Position numbers and translations under genes: made by a program. Shown piece after piece: positions 1-12,443 of a stretch of DNA of 64,000 nucleotides (the first letter of the stretch is position 1; each line of letters opens with the position of its first letter). The DNA is from Balanoglossus misakiensis (lineage: Eukaryota; Animalia; Hemichordata). The notes below the pieces were generated by a model, which saw only the letters and a program-made list of their open reading frames with translations, made no database searches and was not told the origin of the DNA. The stretch spans positions 10,491,477 through 10,555,476 of the forward strand of contig CM082593.2 in NCBI GenBank assembly GCA_040954595.2. The letters are read 5' to 3'.

Positions 1-3000
1 GGCCAGAGTGGCCAGTATCGTGCCCATTAATTTTGAGTGTTTGGTGGGGTCAACCTTTGCGTCAACATTAACTAGGCCAGAGTGGCCAGTATCGTGCCCA
101 TTAATTTTGAGTGTTTGGTGGGGTCAACCTTTGCGTCAACATTAACTAGGCCAGAGTGGCCAGTATCGTGCCCATTAATTTTGAGTGTTTGGTGGGGTCA
201 ACCTTTGCGTCAACATTAACCAGAGCACACAGTAACCAGGCCGTAGTGGACAGTGTTCTGGCCATTAATTTTGAGTGTTTGGTGGGGTCAACCTTTGCGT
301 CAACATTAACCAGAGCACACAGTAACCAGGCCGTAGTGGACAGTGTTCTGCCCATTAATTTTGAGTGTTTGGTGGGGTCAACCTTTGCGTCAACATTAAC
401 CAGAGCACACAGTAACCAGGCCGTAGTGGACAGTGTTCTGCCCATTAATTTTGAGTGTTTGGTGGGGTCAACCTTTGCGTCAACATTAACCAGAGCACAC
501 AGTAACCAGGCCGTAGTGGACAGTGTTCTGCCCATTAATTTTGAGTGTTTGGTGGGGTCAACCTTTGCGTCAACATTAACCAGAGCACACAGTAACCAGG
601 CCGTAGTGGACAGTGTTCTGCCCATTAATTTTGAGTGTTTGGTGGGGTCAACCTTTGCGTCAACATTAACCAGAGCACACAATAACCAGGCCGTAGTGGA
701 CAGTGTTCTGCCCATTAATTTTGAGTGTTTGGTGGGGTCAACCTTTGCGTCAACATTAACCAGAGCACACAGTAACCAGGCCGTAGTGGACAGTGTTCTG
801 CCCATTAATTTTGAGTGTTTGGTGGGGTCAACCTTTGCGTCAACATTAACCAGAGCACACAGTAACCAGGCCGTAGTGGACAGTGTTCTGCCCATTAATT
901 TTGAGTGTTTGGTGGGGTCAACCTTTGCGTCAACATTAACCAGAGCACACAGTAACCAGGCCGTAGTGGACAGTGTTCTGCCCATTAATTTTGAGTGTTT
1001 GGTGGGGTCAACCTTTGTGTCAACATTAACCAGAGCACACAGTAACCAGGCCGTAGTGGACAGTGTTCTGCCCATTAATTTTGAGTGTTTGGTGGGGTCA
1101 ACCTTTGCGTCAACATTAACCAGAGCACACAGTAACCAGGCCGTAGTGGACAGTGTTCTGCCCATTAATTTTGAGTGTTTGGTGGGGTCAACCTTTGCGT
1201 CAACATTAACCAGAGCACACAGTAACCAGGCCATAGTGGACAGTGTTCTGCCCATTAATTTTGAGTGTTTGGTGGGGTCAACCTTTGCGTCAACATTAAC
1301 CAGAGCACACAGTAACCAGGCCGTAGTGGACAGTGTTCTGCCCATTAATTTTGAGTGTTTGGTGGGGTCAACCTTTGCGTCAACATTAACCAGAGCACAC
1401 AGTAACCAGGCCATAGTGGACAGTGTGCTGCCCATTAATTTTGAGTGTTTGGTGGGGTCAACCTTTGCGTCAACATTAACCAGAGCACAGAGTAACCAGG
1501 CCATAGTGGACAGTGTTCTGCCCATTAATTTTGAGTGTTTGGTGGGGTCAACCTTTGCGTCAACATTAATCAGAGCACACAGTAACCAGGCCGTAGTGGA
1601 CAGTGTTCTGCCCATTAATTTTGAGTGTTTGGTGGGGTCAACCTTTGCGTCAACATTAACCAGAGCACACAGTAACCAGGCCGTAGTGGACAGTGTTCTT
1701 CCCATTAATTTTGAGTGTTTGGTGGGGTCAACCTTTGCGTCAACATTAACTAGGCCAGAGTGGCCAGTATCGTGCCCATTAATTTTGAGTGTTTGGTGGG
1801 GTCAACCTTTGCGTCAACATTAACTAGGCCAGAGTGGCCAGTATCGTGCCCATTATTTTTGAGTGTTTGGTGGGGTCAACCTTTGCGTCAACATTAACTA
1901 GGCCAGAGTGGCCAGTATCGTGCCCATTAATTTTGAGTGTTTGGTGGGGTCAACCTTTGCGTCAACATTAACTAGGCCAGAGTGGCCAGTATCGTGCCCA
2001 TTAATTTTGAGTGTTTGGTGGGGGTCAACCTTTGCGTCAACATTAACCAGAGCACACAGTAACCAGGCCGTAGTGGACAGTGTTCTGCCCATTAATTTTG
2101 AGTGTTTGGTGGGGTCAACCTTTGCGTCAACATTAACCAGAGCACACAGTAACCAGGCCATAGTGGACAGTGTGCTGCCCATTAATTTTGAGTGTTTGGT
2201 GGGGTCAACCTTTGCGTCAACATTAACCAGAGCACACAGTAACCAGGCCATAGTGGACAGTGTTCTGCCCATTAATTTTGAGTGTTTGGTGGGGTCAATC
2301 TTTGCGTCAACATTAACCAGAGCACACAGTAACCAGGCCGTAGTGGACAGTGTTCTGCCCATTAATTTTGAGTGTTTGGTGGGGTCAACCTTTGCGTCAA
2401 CATTAACCAGAGCACACAGTAACCAGGCCGTAGTGGACAGTGTTCTGCCCATTAATTTTGAGTGTTTGGTGGGGTCAACCTTTGCGTCAACATTAACCAG
2501 AGCACACAGTAACCAGGCCATAGTGGACAGTGTTCTGCCCATTTATTTTGAGTGTTTGGTGGGGTCAACCTTTGCGTCAACATTAACCAGAGCACACAGT
2601 AACCAGGCCGTAGTGGACAGTGTTCTGCCCATTAATTTTGAGTGTTTGGTGGGGTCAACCTTTGCGTCAACATTAACCAGAGCACACAGTAACCAGGCCA
2701 TAGTGGACAGTGTGCTGCCCATTAATTTTGAGTGTTTGGTGGGGTCAACCTTTGCGTCAACATTAACCAGAGCACAGAGTAACCAGGCCATAGTGGACAG
2801 TGTTCTGCCCATTAATTTTGAGTGTTTGGTGGGGTCAACCTTTGCATCAACATTAATCAGAGCACACAGTAACCAGGCCGTAGTGGACAGTGTTCTGCCC
2901 ATTAATTTTGAGTGTTTGGTGGGGTCAACCTTTGCATCAACATTATCCAGAGCACACAGTAACCAGGCCATAGTGGACAGTGTTCTGCCCATTAATTTTG

Positions 3001-6000
3001 AGTGTTTGGTGGGGTCAACCTTTGCGTCAACATTAACCAGAGCACACAGTAACCAGGCCGTAGTGGACAGTGTTCTGCCCATTAATTTTGAGTGTTTGGT
3101 GGGGTCAACCTTTGCGTCAACATTAACTAGGCCAGAGTGGCCAGTATCGTGCCCATTAATTTTGAGTGTTTGGTGGGGTCAACCTTTGCGTCAACATTAA
3201 CTAGGCCAGAGTGGCCAGTATCGTGCCCATTAATTTTGAGTGTTTGGTGGGGTCAACCTTTGCGTCAACATTAACTAGGCCAGAGTGGCCAGTATCGTGC
3301 CCATTAATTTTGAGTGTTTGGTGGGGTCAACCTTTGCGTCAACATTAACTAGGCCAGAGTGGCCAGTATCGTGCCCATTAATTTTGAGTGTTTGGTGGGG
3401 GTCAACCTTTGCGTCAACATTAACCAGAGCACACAGTAACCAGGCCGTAGTGGACAGTGTTCTGCCCATTAATTTTGAGTGTTTGGTGGGGTCAACCTTT
3501 GCGTCAACATTAACCAGAGCACACAGTAACCAGGCCATAGTGGACAGTGTGCTGCCCATTAATTTTGAGTGTTTGGTGGGGTCAACCTTTGCGTCAACAT
3601 TAACCAGAGCACACAGTAACCAGGCCATAGTGGACAGTGTTCTGCCCATTAATTTTGAGTGTTTGGTGGGGTCAACCTTTTCGTCAACATTAACCAGAGC
3701 ACACAGTAACCAGGCCGTAGTGGACAGTGTTCTGCCCATTAATTTTGAGTGTTTGGTGGGGTCAACCTTTGCGTCAACATTAACCAGAGCACACAGTAAC
3801 CAGGCCGTAGTGGACAGTGTTCTGCCCATTAATTTTGAGTGTTTGGTGGGGTCAACCTTTGCGTCAACATTAACCAGAGCACACAGTAACCAGGCCATAG
3901 TGGACAGTGTTCTGCCCATTAATTTTGAGTGTTTGGTGGGGTCAACCTTTGCGTCAACATAGACCAGAGCACACAGTAACCAGGCCGTAGTGGACAGTGT
4001 TCTGCCCATTAATTTTGAGTGTTTGGTGGGGTCAACCTTTGCGTCAACATTAACCAGAGCACACAGTAACCAGGCCATAGTGGACAGTGTGCTGCCCATT
4101 AATTTTGAGTGTTTGGTGGGGTCAACCTTTGCGTCAACATTAACCAGAGCACACAGTAACCAGGCCATAGTGGACAGTGTTCTGCCCATTAATTTTGAGT
4201 GTTTGGTGGGGTCAACCTTTGCGTCAACATTAACCAGAGCACACAGTAACCAGTCCGTAGTGGACAGTGTGCTGCCCATTAATTTTGAGTGTTTGGTGGG
4301 GTCAACCTTTGCGTCAACATTAACTAGGCCAGAGTGGCCAGTATCGTGCCCATTAATTTTGAGTGTTTGGTGGGGGTCAACCTTTGCGTCAACATTAACT
4401 AGGCCAGAGTGGCCAGTATCGTGCCCATTAATTTTGAGTGTTTGGTGGGGGTCAACCTTTGCGTCAACATTAACTAGGCCAGAGTGGCCAGTATCCTGCC
4501 CATTAATTTTGAGTGTTTGGTGGGGTCAACCTTTGCGTCAACATAGACCAGAGCACACAGTAACCAGGCCGTAGTGGACAGTGTTCTGCCCATTAATTTT
4601 GAGTGTTTGGTGGGGTCAACCTTTGCGTCAACATTAACCAGAGCACACAGTAACCAGGCCATAGTGGACAGTGTGCTGCCCATTAATTTTGAGTGTTTGG
4701 TGGGGTCAACCTTTGCGTCAACATTAACCAGAGCACACAGTAACCAGGCCATAGTGGACAGTGTTCTGCCCATTAATTTTGAGTGTTTGGTGGGGTCAAC
4801 CTTTGCGTCAACATTAACCAGAGCACACAGTAACCAGGCCATATAGGACAGTATGCTGCCCATTAATTTTGAGTGTATGGTGGGGTCAACCTTTGCGTCA
4901 ACATTAACCAGAGCACACAGTAACCAGGCCGTAGTGGACAGTGTTCTGCCCATTAATTTTGAGTGTTTGGTGGGGTCAACCTTTGCGTCAACATTAACCA
5001 GAGCACACAGTAACCAGGCCATAGTGGACAGTGTTCTGCCCATTAATTTTGAGTGTTTGGTGGGGTCAACCTTTGCGTCAACATTAACCAGAGCACACAG
5101 TAACCAGTCCGTAGTGGACAGTGTGCTGCCCATTAATTTTGAGTGTTTGGTGGGGTCAACCTTTGCGTCAACATTAACTAGGCCAGAGTGGCCAGTATCG
5201 TGCCCATTAATTTTGAGTGTTTGGTGGGGGTCAACCTTTGCGTCAACATTAACTAGGCCAGAGTGGCCAGTATCCTGCCCATTAATTTTGAGTGTTTGGT
5301 GGGGGTTAACCTTTGCGTCAACATTAACTAGGCCAGAGTGGCCAGTATCCTGCCCATTAATTTTGAGTGTTTGGTGGGGTCAACCTTTGCATCAACATTA
5401 ACCAGAGCACACAGTAACCAGGCCATAGTGGACAGTGTTCTGCCCATTAATTTTGAGTGTTTGGTGGGGTCAACCTTTGCATCAACATTAACCAGAGCAC
5501 ACAGTAACCAGGCCGTAGTGGACAGTGTGCTGCCCATTAATTTTGAGTGTTTGGTGGGGTCAACCTTTGCGTCAACATTAACTAGGCCAGAGTGGCCAGT
5601 ATCGTGCCCATTAATTTTGAGTGTTTGGTGGGGGTCAACCTTTGCGTCAACATTAACTAGGCCAGAGTGGCCAGTATCCTGCCCATTAATTTTGAGTGTT
5701 TGGTGGAGTCAACCTTTGCATCAACATTAACCAGAGCACACAGTAACCAGGCCATAGTGGACAGTGTTCTGCCCATTAATTTTGAGTGTTTGGTGGGGTC
5801 AACCTTTGCATCAACATTAACCAGAGCACACAGTAACCAGGCCGTAGTGGACAGTGTGCTGCCCATTAATTTTGAGTGTTTGGTGGGGTCAACCTTTGCG
5901 TCAACATTAACCAGAGCACACAGTAACCAGGCCATAGTGGACAGTATGCTGCCCATTGATTTTGAGTGTTTGGTGGGGTCAACCTTTGCGTCAACATTAA

Positions 6001-6210
6001 CTAGGCCAGAGTGGCCAGTATCGTGCCCATTAATTTTGAGTGTTTGGTGGGGTCAACCTTTGCGTCTACATTAACTAGGCCAGAGTGGCCAGTATGCTGC
6101 CTATTAATTTTGAGTGTTTGGTGGGGTCAACCTTTGCGTCAACATTAAGCAGGCCAGACAGTAACCAGGCCAGAGTGGACAGTATCCTGCCTATTAATTT
6201 TGAGTGATTT
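1..6210. repeat. Composite satellite array of 90-bp and 74/75-bp monomers sharing a common core
   Basis: The core TGCCCATTAATTTTGAGTGTTTGGTGGGGTCAACCTTTGCGTCAACATTAAC is followed by either CAGAGCACACAGTAACCAGGCCRTAGTGGACAGTGTTC (90-mer) or TAGGCCAGAGTGGCCAGTATCG (74-mer). Copies are near-identical and degenerate at ~6150-6210. Confidence 0.98.
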
Positions 6211-6628
6211 GTGGGTCAATTTGATCAAATACTGCCTACCGCTGGCGCTGCATATTTGAAGAAATGTGAAAAGATGGCAAGACAGGTTTGGTAAATGTGG
6301 GCCCCCTAACTGAAGCAAAAGCACAAACTTAAAACAAAGATATGAATTTGGAAGAGTTTTATTTAATACATATGAAAAATAATGAAGACTTATGCTTCAA
6401 AGTAAGTATCGACGGAGTCGAACCGCCAATGCTGCAATGGCATTATACCCATAATACTTTTTTGCTTTTTGCATGAATTTCATTATTTTTCATATGCTGT
6501 GCAGCTAAAGTGTGGCTAGATGACTAACTGCTGATGTAAAATATCTTGCATACCAATTTGGAACAATTACCCCAAGTAGTGGTCAAACAGAAACAATGCT
6601 TGCATTCAATTTAAAACAAGGTGACAAA

Positions 6629-6736
6629 AGTGGTTGAAATGAAACAATAAGCAAAAACAGTGTTTATCAAACTGAAATAATGTGGTCGAAATGAAACAAT
6701 GAGCAAAAACAGTGTTTATCAAACTGAAATAATGTG
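6629..6736. repeat. Two-copy ~53-bp tandem duplication
   Basis: GTGGTYGAAATGAAACAATRAGCAAAAACAGTGTTTATCAAACTGAAATAAT occurs twice in tandem. Confidence 0.85.
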
Positions 6737-7159
6737 CCAAAATAGCTCCTGTTGATATTGCACAAAATTAACTGTTGCATTCTACCCTTGAGTTAATTTT
6801 TATTTCCAGGCAATTATGTGCTTAATACTAAATATTATCTATGGGTACAAACCATCAGTTTCTTAAGTGCAAATCGCAAGAAGCTCCCCCATACAATTTT
6901 AGTGTTTTTTTAAATCAAGCAAGATAATTACATACTGTGTGATAAACTAACTAACTTTACGCGCCTGGGGACAGTTAAAAACCTCGAGCCAAATATAAAA
7001 TGAGGAAAAACTGCCCCCTCCCCCGTTGTGAATTTTAAAAGGTTGGGGCTCAAACTAACCAGAATTGTCTTGCCGACTCCTATTTTTCTGTGTACATTTT
7101 GATGTATTGTTGTTACGCGAGATTGAGGATTCGTGTTGATGCGGGAATTACGATGACGA

Positions 7160-7360
7160 AAGCAAAAAATCCATCGGCGAATCAAACGGGCACACGGCGA
7201 AATTCCATTACACGACGATCCAACTGCGATGAAGAACGCGAACGCGGGTAACGTTGTAAAAAATCCATCGGCGAATCAAACGGGCACACGGCGAAATTCC
7301 ATTACATGACGAGCGACCTGCAATGAAGAACGCGAACGCGGGTAACGCTGCAAAAAATCC
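7160..7360. repeat. ~94-bp GC-richer tandem repeat (about 2 copies)
   Basis: AAATCCATCGGCGAATCAAACGGGCACACGGCGAAATTCCATTACA at ~7167 and ~7261; ATGAAGAACGCGAACGCGGGTAACG occurs twice. Confidence 0.85.
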
Positions 7361-7784
7361 GCAGACAATTATTACACGAATGCATAGCAACAATTATTTT
7401 ACCCAACCTGACACTAATAAATTACCCAATGATTTTAAATTTCTTATTATTACACCCCAACTAATCATTATACCTTTGTAATATTAACACCGTTTATACA
7501 CATCCCATAATGTTTATACCATCAAGTTAATACCATTTTATTATTATTATACCACCAAAACCATGTGTTACCCATTTTTTTTATTATTACACCATTGATG
7601 TTAACACCTTTATATATTATACCGGTATTTACCCTCTGTACATGTACAGTTTTTATTTACCACGTGGCATTACTCATGTTTTTATAGTATTTTAATTACT
7701 TATCATACCCTTGAAACCATAATATTATACCCTTGCAGACAGTTTTATTATAGTACCCTTGTGCACAATGTCTTATTAGTCATC

Positions 7785-7960
7785 ATACACCAACCCTTCA
7801 CCATTTCATTAGATTATACCATTTTTATTAGCCTAACCTGTTTATACACCAACCCTTCACCATTCCGTTAGATTATACCATTTTTTATTACCCTAACATA
7901 TTCATACACCAACCCTTTACCATTCCCTCAGATTAAACCATTTTTATTAGCCTAACCTAT
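7785..7960. repeat. ~59-60-bp tandem repeat, 3 copies
   Basis: ATACACCAACCCTTYACCATTYC..AGATTAWACCATTTTTATTA three times. Confidence 0.85.
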
Positions 7961-8144
7961 TGACAGCATCCCTCTGGTTTTGATATTGTTATCTGGTGCG
8001 GCGTTGTTGTAGATATTGATTAGACTCCCTCCGGCGATGATAATACCAATGAACCTATTGAAAAAAAAGAATGAATATTATTAATTAGATCAGATCAACA
8101 AATCATGGCGTCGTTCATCCCTCTGGTCACAGGAGCATCATCTG

Positions 8145-8802
8145 GCGTCGTTACAGGTTTAAGTTCATCCCTCCAGTACAGTATAAGGTGGCGGCGTCGT
8201 TACAAGTATTAAGTTCATCTCTCCAGTACAGTATTAGGTGGCGGCGTCGTTACAAGTATTAACTTCATCTCTCCAGTACAGTATTAGGTGGCGGCGTCGT
8301 TACAACTATTAACTTCATCTCTCCAGTACAGTATTAGGTGGCGGCGTCGTTACAAGTTTAAGTTCATCCCTCCAGTACAGTATTAGGTGGCGGCGTCGTT
8401 ACAAGTATTAACTTCATCTCTCCAGTACAGTATTAGGTGGCGGCGTCGTTACAAGTATTAACTTCATCTCTCCAGTACAGTATTAGGTGGCGGCGTCGTT
8501 ACAAGTATTAACTTCATCTCTCCAGTACAGTATTAGGTGGCGGCGTCGTTACAAGTATTAAGTTCATCTCTCCAGTACAGTATTAGGTGGCGGCGTCGTT
8601 ACAAGTATTAACTTCATCACTCCAGTACAGTATTAGGTGGCGGCGTCGTTACAAGTATTAACTTCATCTCTCCAGTACAGTATTAGGTGGCGGCGTCGTT
8701 ACAAGTATTAACTTCATCTCTCCAGTACAGTATTAGGTGGCGGCGTCGTTACAAGTTTAAGTTCATACCTCCAGTACAGTATTAGGTGGCGACGTCGTTA
8801 CA
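8145..8802. repeat. 50-bp minisatellite, about 13 copies
   Basis: Unit TACAGTATTAGGTGGCGGCGTCGTTACAAGTATTAACTTCATCTCTCCAG, with 49-bp variants. Confidence 0.97.
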
Positions 8803-9588
8803 AATATTACACTCCCTCCAGCAGCAGTGTTACCAAAGAACCTAATGTAAAAAAAGAATGAAATTATTTTAATAATCTGATTAGGTCAAGTCATCATATT
8901 GATAAAGAAAACGACAAGAAGAAATCATTTAAAAATTAACGCTGCCAGCACCATTGGTTGGGCCCAAACGGTTCCCATTGTTACCAGGGTATGCCAAGGC
9001 TGTATTCTGCTGTGAATACCAAGATATATGAAAGCTGGTCAAAGGTTACCCCAGGGTCATTGAAAATCGCAAAAAATAGCGTCAAGGACACTGTGGTCTC
9101 ATTTAGTGATTACACTAGAAAAAGTCTACACAGGAGTACAGACAGACAGACACACACATAGAGAGGCAATAAAATATGATGCCCCCCCCCCCAGCCCCGA
9201 AAACATCTTGATCTTATGTATGCTGGCCTGGTACAATAGACAAACCAGCCAATTAATGAAAATTTTATACAAATACAGAGCTCAAAGTTGCATTTTAGTG
9301 AGCCCAAAAGCAAATTAACTCAATGTTACGACAAATTTTACTTTTGCCACTCAAAGTTTGCATCGGTGGGGTGGGATGGCAAGTACTCTTCCCTGATACA
9401 ATAGACAAACCAGCCAATAAATGAAATGAGGTGAAGAATGAAGGTGAAGAATGAATAACTTTATTTGATTCCATTATCTAAACAAACACATCCAATTAAC
9501 TTCCTACTCAAATTTCAAAGTAATCAGTCATAGGTTTTGTAAATCATCATGAGAAATCACCCTGAAACCAAATCAAATCAAAAATCAT

Positions 9589-9883
9589 ATAAGCCTAGTC
9601 GGGCTCTGCGCTCCAGCTCAAGGAACCAGTTGTGTGTACCAAAGTACAGACTCAAAACATATGGTGGATGTGCCTTTTCCCTTGTCGCGCCACAACTTTG
9701 GAATTCTCTGCCATCTGACATTCAACAGGCTTCTAGTCTCAACATTTTCAAACAAAAACTCAAGACATTTCTATTTGTCAAAGCCTACGAACACTGATGT
9801 TATACTTTCAGCGCCTTTGGAAATAACATTGTTATTGATTCTGGCGCTTTATAAATGTTTGTTTTGATTTGATTTGATTTGAT
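9589..9883 (+). mobile_element. 5'-truncated L2/CR1-group LINE 3' end
   Basis: ORF2 C-terminus YKPSRALRSS...GGCAFSLVAPQLWNSLP...FKQKLKTFLF, stop at 9797. The 3'UTR has an AGCGCC...GGCGCT stem and a (GATTT)n tail. Confidence 0.9.
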
Positions 9884-10317
9884 CCCCCAAAAATATACTA
9901 TTCAATTCATCAAGTTGATTTGAAAAACATACATGCAAATCTTACTTGAGCTACCCCTAACATGACTAACAAATTTTAAAGCAATGGAACAAGCGGTTTT
10001 AGAGAAAAAAAAATAATTAAACAAGGCTGAAATTGCTCCAAAATTATCAATATGCAAATTTTGCAACATTTCAACAAAAGTATTGTAACTCATATCACCT
10101 ACATGAAGCTTCATACTAAATTTTTTTACCACAAATGAGGAAAAAGGCAAAAAATGCATAAAATAGAACATTCAAACTATTAGTTAAAAAAATACAGGAT
10201 TGTATGTGGTTGACATAAGGTACTTGCATACCAATTGTCAAATCAATCTGTAAATTATCATGAGAACAAACCCTGAAACCTTCAAATCAAATTTCAAAGC
10301 AGTGGGGGTAAAGGGGG

Positions 10318-10934
10318 CACAGTACGATATTTTACCCACAACTCTCCATGATTTGTATCATCGAGATTGTCCATTTAATTACTTTCTGTTTTAGATACTA
10401 ACAATGATATGAAGTACATATAACTGTATTAAGATTTATCTAGAAAAAGTATGTTGAGGAATTAGAGTGAAAATTTCAAAATCAAGATTTAAAAGCCATA
10501 GAAATCAAAGTATTCATTCATGTACGTCAAATGTCACACTTAGGAGGAAAGAAGCAATGACTAACTGAGGTGGCCAGTCTCTGTTGAAAGTTAACATGTA
10601 AATTTCCATTGTTCTGTCTATAGAAAAAAATCAATATCGTTTTGTTTGATTAAACAAGTGTTTCAAGTGTCCCTGTTTTACTTCAAACTTTTTTGTATCG
10701 GCTGGCTATGCAATTGCTTATTTTATAAAATTTGTATCTCCTCTTTCAATAATGCATGATTTTGTTTATCATTTGAAATGGTAATTGACAATAAGATTCG
10801 CCTTTAAAGCATGCTCTCAAAATTTGTATTAGTGGTCTACAATTTTCTCTACACATGTGAACTTTGCCTGGTTTGACCGAGTAATCTCTGGTTGTACAAA
10901 CCAGAGTGATTCATGGGATATTTCACGTACTGTG
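10318..10934. mobile_element. Non-autonomous DNA transposon with CACAGTACG termini (Transib- or CMC-like)
   Basis: TIR CACAGTACG...CGTACTGTG, flanked by GGGGG on both sides. It interrupts a HINE core. Confidence 0.6.
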
Positions 10935-11710
10935 GGGGGTTCTGAGAAGAGTTTTGACCAAAAATGGCAAAAATCATCCCAAAAATATACTATTCAATTC
11001 ATCAAGTTGATTTGAAAAACATACATGCAAATCTTACTTGGGCTACCCCTAATATGACTAACAAATTTCAAAGCAATGTAACAACCAGTTTAAAAAAAAA
11101 ATTCAAAAACGGCCGAAATTGCTCCAAAATTATGAATATGCAAATTTTGCAACATTTTAACAAAAGTATGCTAACTCATATCACCTATATGAAGCTTCAT
11201 ACTAAATTTCAAAGAAGTCGTCTCATCAATTTTAGAAAAGTAGATGTTTTACCAAAAATGAGGAAAAAGGCAAAAAATGCATAAAAATAGAACATTCAAA
11301 CTATTCAAAATACAGGACTGTATGTGGTTGACATAAGGTACATACCAATTGTCAAATCAATCTGACCAGTGGTTTTGACCAATTTCAAATTTTCCCAGCT
11401 AATTTGCATTTATTTAACAATTTCAACTGAATATGGCTGCCAGGTCAAATGACTGATTTGAATTTCAAGGTGCACACTCATTGGCAAGGACAACTGTGAC
11501 AAATTCAAGAAGCATAGGTGTGGCAGGTTTTCAGAGCAAGGTGTAAAAAATATCCAGGGAATGGGGCCCAAGCTCCTAAAAACCCAGCACAATACCAATA
11601 GGGACTCATATTACTAACAAAGTGTAAGCCTGTAATAAGTCAAAAGCTGCACATCTTTTTACCACCTCGTGCCAGTACTAAGCAATAAGACTTTTTATAG
11701 AGTTGTTTAA

Positions 11711-12443
11711 GGTGGCACTGCATGAAACCGTTGAGACTTTTTCAGAGGCCTATTTCTCATCAAAGACAAAGTTTAAACCCCCATAAACCATATATATTCT
11801 GGAAGCTGAGATTTTGAACTTTTGTTTGAGTTGCAAATATTATTGATCCCCGGAAATGGTGGCGATTTTGGGCGAAAAAACCCATTTTTTGATATTATGT
11901 CATGAAATTTAAAATAGGTAAAAAAGTTGACCATGCATCATGCATCTTAATATGTCATTCGAAACTAAAGTACACGTGCAAAAAAACGCTAATTTTGTTT
12001 TGCGTTATCTGCTTCCATTGAGGAGTAACAGCGTTTGAAAGTTAGATTTTCTGAAAATTTGATCAAATTCACGGTGAGTTGTATTGAATCAGAGTTTATT
12101 CCCGCCAGGGACACTTTATCGACATACAAAACTAGCGTTTTGTTGGATGGGTCATACACAATTCCCTGTCAAAATTTGAGCAAATTCGGCCAATGCAGGG
12201 CGAAGCTATTTTAGTCCGAAGTTGTCAAAAGCAGCGAAAATGCAAACCGAGAAAAACGGCCATTTGCATTGTTGACACCTATTTGTTAAGGTGTGAACTC
12301 ATTCAGAAAAGTGCTATTTGGGGGTGATTGTGCACCATTTCCGCCAAGACGTATTAGTCAGGATGTGGGTGAGTATTAGGCCTACCGATTTATGTAAAAA
12401 AGTAAAATTTGGCAAAAATCACAACTTTTCATGCAATGCCACC
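11711..12443. mobile_element. Kolobok-like MITE (TTAA TSD)
   Basis: TTAA-GGTGGCACTGCATGAAA ... TTTCATGCAATGCCACC-TTAA. Confidence 0.85.

Larger units (their letters stand above)
9470..11420 (+). mobile_element. HINE/DINE-like non-autonomous repeat cores (two related copies), interrupted by an L2 and a CAC-terminated element
   Basis: 9884-10250 is duplicated at 10978-11362. The core motifs AAATTTCAAAG and GAAGCTTCATACTAAATTT are shared with other copies in the window. The family assignment is inference. Confidence 0.6.

Noticed and set aside
146-6074. Long repetitive ORFs (up to 555 aa) on both strands
   Set aside because: They are a by-product of a 90-bp (3n) stop-free monomer. They are open on both strands and broken by 74-bp units and point stops.
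1-6210. CRISPR-like repeat-spacer appearance
   Set aside because: There are only two recurring 'spacer' types, which are homologous to each other. No cas genes, and the context is eukaryotic.
6400-6450. tRNA-like B-box GGTTCGACTCC on the minus strand
   Set aside because: No A-box and no cloverleaf could be built; at most a SINE remnant.
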